Positions 54,447 through 64,000 of a stretch of DNA of 64,000 nucleotides are shown one piece after another. The translations under genes were made by a program, and so were the position numbers. Source of the stretch: Raja brachyura (Eukaryota); the NCBI GenBank assembly GCA_963514005.1, contig OY740818.1, positions 25,606,001 through 25,670,000 on the forward strand. The letters are read 5' to 3'. The notes beneath the pieces were generated by a model. It had not been told where the DNA came from and did no database searches. It worked only from the letters and a program-made list of their open reading frames with translations. The first letter of the stretch is position 1, and the number at the start of each line of letters is the position of its first letter.

Positions 54447-54792
54447 GGTTTGGGAATGGTGCATTATGGAATCTCAACCAAGTGTAAGGCAGCCGTGGTT
54501 CACCGCTGGCGCTCACGACAAACACACGCCAGTACTTTGGTAAATATATTATGCGTCCGTGAATGGACGTGACTTGTGTCGGTCATTCATCAATCTCAGA
54601 GGTGGCAAGTTCTTCAGCCCAGACCTGAACCACGAGGCCAGAATCTTTATGCCGATTTGTTTTGAGATATCGGATACGGACCGGGCGGGGTTTTGCTTTG
54701 GGTCGCATCAGGGGAACACTGGCACCTGTCATCAGGCGAGACTGACAGCGAGCAGGCAGCTCGGAGCGGCGACGGTGCCCCGACTTCAGGCC

Positions 54793-54944
54793 ATGTCAAT
54801 GGCAGTGTCCGGGCCCAGTGGCCACCCCCCGCTGCCCGGCGCCGGAACCCCCACAGTACACGAGCTGGAGCGGCTCCTGCGCGACAACACAGTGGCGCTG
54901 AGTCGGGTGGACGAGGTGTGGCCCAGTCTGTACATCGGGGACAT
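54793..54944 (+). CDS. DUSP13A: DUSP13A (MDSP)-like gene, coding exon 1, MSMAVSGP...TPTVHELERLL...SRVDEVWPSLYIGD(M)
   Basis: VDEVWPxLYIGD motif, gtgagt donor; start codon choice (54793 vs 54799) uncertain. Confidence 0.85.
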
Positions 54945-55354
54945 GTGAGTGCGACCACTCGGCCCTTCAAACTCAGGCCATCTGCTCACCTGCTCCATGC
55001 AGACTCCCCGCGGGCCCCACCCCCCCTCTGCCTCCCCGTATATCTGTAAATATCGGCCCGGCTGCTCGCCGGCTTCGCCCAGTCTCGCCGAGAAGTGACC
55101 TGTCGCCTGCGTTTCCATCGGGTCCCAGGTCCCCAACGTCGGAGCCTCGGCCGGTGCCGGACGCTTCAGGGCACCGGAGACACAGCGGCCGTGGGTCTGT
55201 TTGGGAGGGGGCCATGCGGACGGGACAGACGGGAAAGTCCCTCCGGTGCCAACCCGCCCTGTGTTCGCAATCGAAACGCCGCAGAATTGGGAAACTGTGT
55301 CTGACCCCTGTCTCTGACCTTTGCATTAACCCCTGACCTCTGCTTGGCCTCCAG

Positions 55355-55572
55355 GACGGCGGCCCACGACAGGTACCAGCTGTGGAAGTTGGGCATCACG
55401 CACGTACTGAACGCTGCCCACAAACAGCTGGCATCCAGCGGCTGCCAAGACTTCTACGGGGCCGCCATGGATTACCGCGGCATCGCCGCCCGCGACCTGC
55501 CCCACTTTGACATCTCCGCCTATTTCTATTCCGCAGCTGAATACATACACCAGGCAGTTGATGTTCTTGGAG
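55355..55572 (+). CDS. DUSP13A: DUSP13A-like coding exon 2 (218 bp), TAAHDRYQLWKLGITHVLNAAHK...RDLPHFDISAYF
   Basis: LWKLGITHVLNAAHK and DLPxFDISAYF as recalled for MDSP; cag/gtaag boundaries. Confidence 0.9.
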
Positions 55573-56344
55573 GTAAGAAACCATCCCCGTGTGCCACACG
55601 CACACATTGTTAACTTCAGTGGAACATGCAAGCCCTCTCTGTGTAAAGACTGTGCACTCTCTCCGCCATCCAGGGCTCCCGTGTGTTCACAAGTTCATAA
55701 GTGATAGGAGCAGAATTAGGTCATTCGGCCCATCAAGTCTACTGTGCCATTCAATCTTGGTTGATCTATCTCTCCCTCAACCCCATTCTCCTGCCTTCTC
55801 CCCATAACTTCTGATCCACTACATTGGTCAGTTGTTGCCAAGTGTCATACGAACATAATGCAATCATAGAACCATGTACAGCGCGGAAACAAACCCTTCG
55901 ACCCATTTTGTCTATGCAGACCAAATTGACATTCTGGGTTTGTCCCATTTGCCTGCATTTAGTCCATATCCCTCTGGAGTCTAGACCCTTCCCGTCCATG
56001 TTTATTTCGGACTACACTCACGGGGGGAGGGGGGAGGGAAGCGATAGGGCAGTAAGATTACAGAGATGATGTTCGTGGTACCTAACTAAAAGTTTATTAA
56101 ACGCCACTATCGTATCTGCCTCCACAATAAACCAAAGTAAAGTAAACGAAACTAAACGACGACTCGTGGCGGTGCGTTCCAGCCACTCACCGCCCTCTGT
56201 GTAAAATGTTTATTTCCTGAGTTCACACATTATGGAACATATATCATATACTGGGCATTTATTGTCGGCTGCCGAGAATCCCTCTGACCGTTTGAACACG
56301 GAGGGATCATGGTTGGAGTCACTGCGCGCTTTGCTTTGTCTCAG

Positions 56345-56544
56345 GGAAGGTCTTCGTCCATTGTGCTTTCGGATACAGCCGGGCGGCCACTCTGACGCTG
56401 GCTTATCTAATGATCCACCAACACCTCTCGCTGTGGGAAGCCGTCAGCACGGTGGCGAAACACAGACGCATCTACCCCAACCGAGGATTTCTGAAACAGT
56501 TGCGGACCTTGGACACAAAATTACAACAAGAAAGGAAGGTTTAA
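56345..56544 (+). CDS. DUSP13A: DUSP13A-like coding exon 3, (G)[29 protein letters not shown]...[10 protein letters not shown]...RKV*; 189 aa total
   Basis: Manual translation (not in ORF track in this frame); HCxxGxSR, AYLM, PNRGF motifs; AATAAA at 56806-56811. Confidence 0.9.
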
Positions 56545-57550
56545 TTTAGTCATCTCTTTGCGGCTCAGTAAATGGTAATTCTTGTCTGCAGAAGGACTAC
56601 TGTTTAACGATAACTCATTGTGATGAAATAACTGATTGTGAGCTGAGACGCGCGAGTATTTTAGTGAACTTCACACTCATTCTGTTGGTAAACACGCACG
56701 GCGCAAGATTCTCACTTTACCTGGAACTAGACCAAGGAGCCATGTCATTGTTGAAGTGTTTCTGTAATTGTAAAAAGTTGTTATTGCCTGCAGACAATTA
56801 GTTTTAATAAAAGATAATTGTGTCGACTCAGCTGCGACGTTGCTTCTGACATCCTGGCTTCCTGTGCACGGACGAGATCAAACGTAGACTCGGCCACGGT
56901 TTTACTGAACTTCCCAAGGTCTGTCGGACCTCCCGGTTGCTAGACCGCCTCCATTGGCCACAAGCAAACTAGAGGAACAGCAGTTTGCAACCCAAATGTA
57001 TGAATGTTGAATTTTCCAATTTTAGGCAACCCCTCACAACACCCTCTGAACCTTCTGAATGTTGTAGTCGGCCAACTTGGACAATTTTACATTTACCAAG
57101 CCAATTAGCCTACAGACCTGTACGTCTTTGGAGTGTGGGAGGAAACCGAAGATCCCGGAGAAAACCCACGCAGATCAGGGGGGGAACGTACAAACTCCAT
57201 ACAGACAGCACCCGTAGTCGGGATAGAACCCGGGTCTCTGGCGCTGTAAGGCAGCAACTCTACCGCTGCGCCACCGCGACCGCCCTCAACCCCCTCCCCG
57301 CCCCTTCGCTCCACATCTACCCCATCAGCTTCCTCCTCATGCACACGCTGAGCGTCGCTCTGAGCTCCCCTTTGTCCCGCCGCTCCTTTTCCCGGGATCT
57401 CCCGGACTTCGCCCTCCCCGGTCTGAACACGATCCGGGTCAGTTGTCAACAGACGCGGGTTAGATCAGCGAGCCGCAGCTGTCTGCAAACGTCAAACCCG
57501 ACGGGCGCCAGTGACCGGCGGCGAGAAGCGGGCAGACAACAAGGCGGGAC

Positions 57551-57717
57551 ATGGCGGCGACGTCTTCGCCCCAAGATGATCCCGGTCCCTCCACCGCCGC
57601 CGCCGCCGGTATCCCGGGAACCCCCTCCATTCTGGAGCTGGAAACGGCGCTGGAGAGCAGCCGGGCGCCGCTGAACCACGTCGATGAAGTTTGGCCCAAT
57701 CTTTACATCGGAGACCT
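57551..57717 (+). CDS. Second DUSP13-like paralog, coding exon 1, [10 protein letters not shown]...[11 protein letters not shown]...[14 protein letters not shown](L)
   Basis: Good Kozak context (gacATGG), family motif, gtgagt donor. Confidence 0.88.
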
Positions 57718-58470
57718 GTGAGTACAGACGTTGTTTCGGGCGACCACCCGGTCTCGCCGCTCACTCCCGTCCCACACATGCATTGTCCGCTCACTTTAAG
57801 CTGCTACAGGGCGCCGGGGGGGGGGGGGGGGGGGGGCGGGCAGAATGGCCGCGCTTCGCCTGTTGGGCCGGAGCTGTTAGCTCCATCTGTTGGCAAGCAA
57901 GTCCACAGCTAACGCGGGAGTCTTTTAAAGGCCAGTCCATCCGGTGGGTTCCATAATTGATAGGAGAAGAATTTGACCATTCGACCCATCAAGTCTACTC
58001 CGCCATTCAATCTTGGCTGATCTATCTTTCCCTTTCAACCACATTCTCCCCGTAGCCCGTGACACCTGTACTAGTCAACAGCCCAGGAGGAGGGAGAAGG
58101 ATGGGAACCTTGGATAACTACAGAGGCTGAACATTAGGTCAAAAGGGAAAATAAACCGATGTCTCTGCGAGATTGAGGGGAATGTGGTCAGGCTGGGCTT
58201 TTGGGGAGGAAGGAGAGAGGGGTATTGTTGAGAACGTCACGTATACAACACCCAGCAGCCTATCAACTCTACCCTCACCATGCTGCGTCGCCAACTTACA
58301 GCACAGGTCGGGCTACGATAATATGAATGGTGTTTCATTGGCCCCGCTGCCTGTTGCAACGAGGCGCGGGGACGAACCAGGCCTTGAAGTTAAGAGAGAA
58401 AGTTACGAGTGAATTTGCAAAGTGAAGGTGAGGCGTTGATAACGGAACCTCACTTGTGTTCCCGCCACAG

Positions 58471-58688
58471 GCTGGTCGCTCACGACAAGAAGTGGCTGCG
58501 GAGATTGGGAATCACACACGTGTTGAACGCGGCGCACAACAACAGCGGCACCAAAGGCGACTCCATCTTCTACGGCAGGAGGTTCCGGTACCACGGCATC
58601 GCGGCGGACGACTGCCCGCTGTTTGACCTGAGCCGCTATTTCTACCCGGCAGCGGAACTCATCGAGGAGACGCTGCGGGGTCCAGACG
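58471..58688 (+). CDS. Second DUSP13-like paralog, coding exon 2 (218 bp), LVAHDKKWLRRLGITHVLNAAH...ADDCPLFDLSRYF
   Basis: ORF 58409-58741, cag/gtgag boundaries. Confidence 0.9.
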
Positions 58689-58809
58689 GTGAGACAGATT
58701 CTGTTGTTCACCCTGAGTGGCCGGAGCCGCTGGCAGAGTGACCAGCGGAGTGGCGGCGACCCTCAATCCTGTAGTTCGCTGCTAGCGGGGCCTGACCCGG
58801 ACAGGGGAC

Positions 58810-59270
58810 GTAGAACAGCACAGGAACAGGCCCTTCGGCCCAAAGTGTCTGTGCCGAACATGATGCCAAGAAAACACCTAAAGTACCTCCATATGCCCCA
58901 TTGCCTCTATGTTCATAAGTGCCACCATGTATCTGCCGCGGCAGGACGGTCCAGGTACTCACCACCCTCTGTGTAAAAATACATTTGCACTGCACATCCC
59001 CTTAACCCCCCCTTACCTCCCCCCTCTCGTCTTAAAACTATGCCCTCTAGGTTTCCATATTTCCACCCTATCTACCGTATCTATGCCTGCCAACATTTGC
59101 AATATTTCTAACAAGTCTCCCCTCATCGTCTGACATTCCAGAGAAAACCCAAGTTTGTTCAACCTCTCCTTGTAGCTCAAACCCTGGAATCCGGCATCAT
59201 TCCGGCAAACCTCCTCCAAACCTTCCCCGTTCACCCTGCAACGGGCCGACCAGAACTGTACACAGTGCAC
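58810..59270 (-). mobile_element. CR1-like 3' fragment
   Basis: ORF 59013-59456 includes CVQFWS and GLSYKERLNKLG...RGDLLE. Confidence 0.75.
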
Positions 59271-59504
59271 CCGTCTACTGCGCCAGAGACCGCGCCTGTC
59301 CACTGGTTTAGGCGTTGGAAACAGGAACCCGGCAACGGGGGGGGGGGGGGGGGATAGAATCCGAGACAGCCCGTTAGAGCTGCCACCAAGACTGGGGTCT
59401 CTAGTCGGCACGCTCCTCAGCAGCACAGCAGCCGCCTGTGTCAGTTTAGAAAGCAAACTTTATTATGCGACTCAGTTCAGTCTGCCTGTAACTAAACAAT
59501 TTTC

Positions 59505-60261
59505 CCTCTGTGTGTAACTGTGCGTGTGTGTATGTGTGTGTATCTGTTTGTGTGTGCGTGTGTATGTGTATCTGTTTGTGTGTGTGTCTGTTTTTGTGTG
59601 GGTGTGTTTGTGTGTGGGTGTGTGTGTGTATCTGNNNNNNNNNNNNNNNNNNNNNNNNNNNNNNNNNNNNNNNNNNNNNNNNNNNNNNNNNNNNNNNNNN
59701 NNNNNNNNNNNNNNNNNNNNNNNNNNNNNNNNNNNNNNNNNNNNNNNNNNNNNNNNNNNNNNNNNNNNNNNNNNNNNNNNNNNNNNNNNNNNNNNNNNNN
59801 NNNNNNNNNNNNNNNNNNNNNNNNNNNNNNNNNNNNNNNNNNNNNNNNNNNNNNNNNNNNNNNNNNNNNNNNNNNNNNNNNNNNNNNNNNNNNNNNNNNN
59901 NNNNNNNNNNNNNNNNNNNNNNNNNNNNNNNNNNNNNNNNNNNNNNNNNNNNNNNNNNNNNNNNNNNNNNNNNNNNNNNNNNNNNNNNNNNNNNNNNNNN
60001 NNNNNNNNNNNNNNNNNNNNNNNNNNNNNNNNNNNNNNNNNNNNNNNNNNNNNNNNNNNNNNNNNNNNNNNNNNNNNNNNNNNNNNNNNNNNNNNNNNNN
60101 NNNNNNNNNNNNNNNNNNNNNNNNNNNNNNNNNNNNNNNNNNNNNNNNNNNNNNNNNNNNNNNNNNNNNNNNNNNNNNNNNNNNNNNNNNNNNNNNNNNN
60201 NNNNNNNNNNNNNNNNNNNNNNNNNNNNNNNNNNNNNNNNNNNNNNNNNNNNNNNNNNNNN
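59505..60261. other. Imperfect (TG)n microsatellite running into a 627-N assembly gap (59635-60261)
   Basis: Seen directly. Confidence 0.98.
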
Positions 60262-60266
60262 CTCAG

Positions 60267-60556
60267 CGAGGATGTTGGTCCACTGCATTCTGGGGATGAG
60301 CCGCTCGGCCGCTCTAGTGCTGGCCTACCTGATGATCTATGGACAACGGTCTCTGCTCCACGCCATTCACAGGGTCATTCTCTACAGACCCATCTCACCC
60401 AACCGCGGCTTTCTGCAACAGTTACGCAACTTGGACATGGAGTTAAGCGCAAAGAAGCTGCAGCGTTTGCGGGAGGAGTTACAAGATCCTGTGACGGTCG
60501 AGAGAAAGCCGTCACCTGCGGGGTCGTTGTCCGGGGCAGCAGCGACCCTGCAGTGA
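60267..60556 (+). CDS. Second DUSP13-like paralog, coding exon 3, (A)[24 protein letters not shown]...[10 protein letters not shown]...TLQ*; 224 aa total
   Basis: Canonical HCxxGxSRS P-loop; cag acceptor right after the gap; phase matches exon 2. Confidence 0.88.
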
Positions 60557-61633
60557 CTACCGCCATGTCAATGCCACAGCTCCACTTGTTGGGTCGTTTT
60601 ACTGTGGCCTCGTCGTGCATTTAACACCTGCGGATACACGATGCCTCCTCTAGAGTATCAGCAGTCACGTCCGCATCCTCCACACTCCCCCCCCTACCCC
60701 CCCCCCGGCCATTTATCTTCGCCCAAAGACCTTGCATTAAGCTGCAACCTCTGACAGTTGTAGTTATGGAGAGATACAGCTCAGAAACAGGCCAGTCGGC
60801 CAATTTTATTATTTTTGCCCACGTTCCCCCCCTCCCTCCTCCCCCCCCCCCCCCCCCCACCCCCGGTCAGTTCATCTCCAACCCGCATGTTTTGGGGATG
60901 TGACAGAAAACCGCAGTCACGCAGAGAACGTGCAAACTCCACACCGACAGTAAGCGGGTTCAGTCCTGACGACAGCCGGACAGCAGCACTCCCGTCGCTC
61001 TTGCCCAGAGCTCTCTGCCCCTCCCCCCCGTCACCTCCACCCACAACGGGGGAGGGGGAGGGGGAGGGGGAGCGAGCTGGCTCGTTGTTTACCGTGGGGC
61101 AGATATACACGCACACACAGATACACACACAGGCTGCTGCCGGCAGGTTGTGTCTGGGTCCCGAGTCCACAGACCACGGTCGGTAAATCTGAAACCTATT
61201 GCTCGCGGCAGCGAAATAAACCAACTCGTGTATCGACAGCTTCAGTGTCATTCATTTATAACCGCCTTGTCTTCCGCTTGTACCAAAATGGTATGTTCAC
61301 TGTTTCTATCCAAGTGCATGGAGTTTTACTAAAAGCAAGAGGAGGAGGGCTCGCTGGGGGGGGGGGGGGGGGGGGGGGGTAAACCTTACTCCGCGCGTCT
61401 ATGAATCAAACCACTGACTCTCATATTGATCTCACTGTCCGAGAATGGACAGGACAGGTTTTTATTTGGGGGGGGGGGGGGGAGGGAGGGGGTGGAGAGA
61501 GTGTTTATGGATCGCGGTTCATGAGCTGAAAGTCACCGTAGGATTTCAGTAAATCCGCCGCAGATATCAACTCTGTGATTCACTGCCAACGCGGGTGGTC
61601 GGGCGAGGGCGGGGGTCGGGCGACCACCCTGCG

Positions 61634-61833
61634 GTCGGCGGCCTTGATCTCTGTGACGATGGGGATCAGCAGGGCAGACACTCTGGTCCTCGGCTTCCTG
61701 ATCTGTGAAGGGGTGACCATGCTGGAGGCCATGACAACAGTGGCCGCGCACAGGAATATCTGTCCGAACCGCGGTTTCCTGGGCGCAGCTCCGGCAACTG
61801 GACCTAGCGCTGGCGAGGGAGTGGCGGCGATGA
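61634..61833 (+). pseudogene. Relic of a DUSP13B (TMDP)-like last exon
   Basis: MGISRADTLVLGFL-ICEGVTMLEAMTTVAAHRNICPNRGFL / QLRQLD; catalytic His-Cys out of frame, +1 shift at about 61782, no AG acceptor, no intact upstream exons. Confidence 0.75.
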
Positions 61834-63017
61834 CCGAGCCTGGGCCGCGGCCTCAAGGACATTCCACGGGCGGGGAATGAGGAGGCAATATCAGGGAAGT
61901 TGACATTTCCCCCGAATGACTACGGGTTAGTGATTTGTGCACCCGCATTAGACCTTCATCTGTCAGTAATAAATATAATAGGTTATTTCACCAACTAGTG
62001 TTTTAGTTGCTGCTAATAGGGAGGTTTCACGGCAGTCGGGTCACGACCCATAACCCGTACTGTTGCTACGCTACGCCAACTGGAGTACACGCGATGAACT
62101 GCAGGTAAGCACTGACCATTGTTTCCAGCGTCACGGGCCCGTTAAAACCCGCCCAAATTGTCCATTTTTGCGCTGTAAATAATGATGGAAATCCGGTTAA
62201 GTGTGAGAGACATTTATCCTACTCCAGAATTCCAAAAGTGGGGAGAAATGACGGTAGATAGAAGCGAGAGTTGAAGGGACAACAACAGCCAAAGTGCTTG
62301 GCGAACATTGGCCGTTTGCTCACTGCATCTCATCAACTAAGGCATTATTTGTGTTTTTTCTTGATTCCTTTCCGAAGCAAAATTTACAGCCATATTTATC
62401 ACAATATTTTCAATTTCGATATCTGTACGGCCAATGTTCGCCAAGCACTTTAGCTGCTGTTGTCCCTTCAGCTCTCGCTTCTCTTTACCTTCATTTCCAT
62501 TCACATTTGGAATTCTGAAGTTGGGTTCATGCGGACGAGTTGCTTACTACAGTGCGGAAATTGTGTAGGTTTCGCTCGTAGGCGCGGACAATTGGGGACA
62601 ATTTTAACTTTTACACCAAGCCAATTAACTTGGAGTGTGGGAGGAAACCGAAGATCGCGGAGAAAACCCACGCAGGACGGGGAGAACATGCAAACTCTGC
62701 ACAGACAACACCCGCAGTCAGGAACCAGGGTCTCCGGTGCAACATTCGCTGTGCGGCAGCAATTCTATGGCTGGGCCACTGTGGTTGTCGGTTCACCACC
62801 CTCCCCTGCACCAGGACCCCGTCACCGTTCACCTCCCCCATGGTGAGGTAGGAACTTCTGCGGGAACCCGTCCGGCCGCCGCTTTACAACCACACGCGTG
62901 TTTCAATTCATTCGCAGTTTAGTAGCAGAACAACTCTAGTGAGAAACAAGTCACGGCCCAGCCCACGTAGAGCGGCCCCCATCTCCCCCCCGGCCCAAGT
63001 GTGGCTTCAGATTCCGG

Positions 63018-63150
63018 CTATAAATAGTCCTTGCTCCGATGCCCGACAAAGGGCAGAATAAGCAGCTGCCGCCCTGAACATACGGAGAGCGCCGGGCTCG
63101 GGGAACGGGAGGGCGGCGGCAGACGTGACCGGGAGCGGCGCCGGTTCCCC
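63018..63150 (+). promoter_or_regulatory. DUSP29: Probable DUSP29 muscle promoter: MEF2/TATA element CTATAAATAG (63018-63027), E-box CAGCTG (63063-63068), non-coding exon ending at donor gtgagta (63151)
   Basis: Motif matches placed sensibly upstream of the acceptor at 63305. Confidence 0.6.
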
Positions 63151-63363
63151 GTGAGTAACCGACCATCTCCCGCGTACTGACGAGCAAACTCCGTGTCCGC
63201 CCTTCACACGCGGAGTCTTGCCGCGGAGTTTGGTGAAAACCGGCTCCACTTAGCGCTCTGCGAGGTTGGGTTTGTGTGTAGATGTCTGTGTTTTCTCTAT
63301 TCCAGACACCCAGGCCGATTACATTTGGAGAACCGCCCGGGTTGGGCTGCTTGCTCTGACGAG

Positions 63364-63527
63364 ATGCTCTCCGGCAGGACCCCAAATCCCTACAGGCCAG
63401 TGACTGTGGACCCCGACGATGATTACACGACACCAGGAGCCTTCGAACTGGAGCGGCTCTTCTGGAAAGGTTCTGTAAAATTCTCTCACGTCGACGAAGT
63501 CTGGCCTGGCATTTCCATCGGAGACGA
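63364..63527 (+). CDS. DUSP29: DUSP29 (DUPD1) first coding exon, [10 protein letters not shown]...[36 protein letters not shown](E); gene continues beyond window
   Basis: [17 protein letters not shown] is characteristic of DUPD1; gtacgt donor; synteny. Confidence 0.9.
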
Positions 63528-63814
63528 GTACGTTCCACACAACTGCAGCTCATGTTCATCAGTCATTGGGGTAGAATTAGACCATTCGGCCAATCGAGTA
63601 TACTCCATTCAACAGGGCTGATCTATCGTTCCGTCTCAACTCCATTCTCCTGCCTTCTCATAACCCCCAACATTGCCCAAGAAGTTGTCAATCCCCACTT
63701 TAAACATACCCATTGCCTTGGCCGTCGGTGGTAAGTAATTCCACAGATTCGCCACCCTTTGATTAAAGACAATCTTCCTCATCACCTTTCTATATGTACA
63801 TCTTTATCTGCAGG

Positions 63815-64000
63815 GATAACCACAGTTATTCCTAGATCCCTCTGTTCCACAGCATTCCTCAATTCCCTACCATTGACCATGTACGTCCTATTTTGATTTG
63901 TCCTGCCAAGATGTAGCACCTCACACTTATCAGCATTAAACTCCATCTGCCATCTTTCAACCCACTCTTCCAAATGGCCTAAATCTCTCTGTAGACTTTG
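63815..64000 (-). mobile_element. CR1-like LINE, same family as 11216-12190, runs off the window
   Basis: ORF 63782-63973 nearly identical to part of ORF 11297-12226. Confidence 0.85.

Noticed and set aside
59446-60624. Long ORFs spanning the N run
   Set aside because: Artefacts of the gap; only 60267-60556 is a real exon
61070-61580. Possible exon 1/2 remnants of the TMDP-like pseudogene
   Set aside because: Similarity too weak to distinguish from chance without an alignment
62015-62520. CpG-containing segment resembling a DNA transposon fragment (also about 7910-8200)
   Set aside because: Could not identify paired TIRs or a TSD

Overview
Vertebrate genomic DNA, most likely a cartilaginous fish (skate/ray; inferred from the repeat families and protein divergence). 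It carries the conserved VDAC2 - SAMD8 - DUSP13 - DUSP29 block (human 10q22 order, here reversed). VDAC2 (- strand, 8 coding exons, 283 aa) and SAMD8/SMSr (- strand, 5 coding exons, 414 aa) reconstruct completely with canonical GT-AG junctions. Head-to-head with SAMD8 on the + strand is a tandem array of atypical dual-specificity phosphatases: a DUSP13A/MDSP-like gene (189 aa, unusual [10 protein letters not shown]-loop), a second DUSP13-like paralog (224 aa), a frameshifted DUSP13B/TMDP-like relic, and the first coding exon of DUSP29. Introns are full of Penelope-like elements (with hammerhead-like motifs), CR1 and Rex1/Babar LINEs, tRNA-derived SINEs and two non-autonomous DNA transposons. 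Each housekeeping promoter abuts a GC-rich minisatellite, and the one at SAMD8/DUSP13 is an array of CTCF-like motifs. There is a near-identical 2300-bp tandem duplication and a 627-N gap. Family assignments come from recalled sequence knowledge, not database searches.
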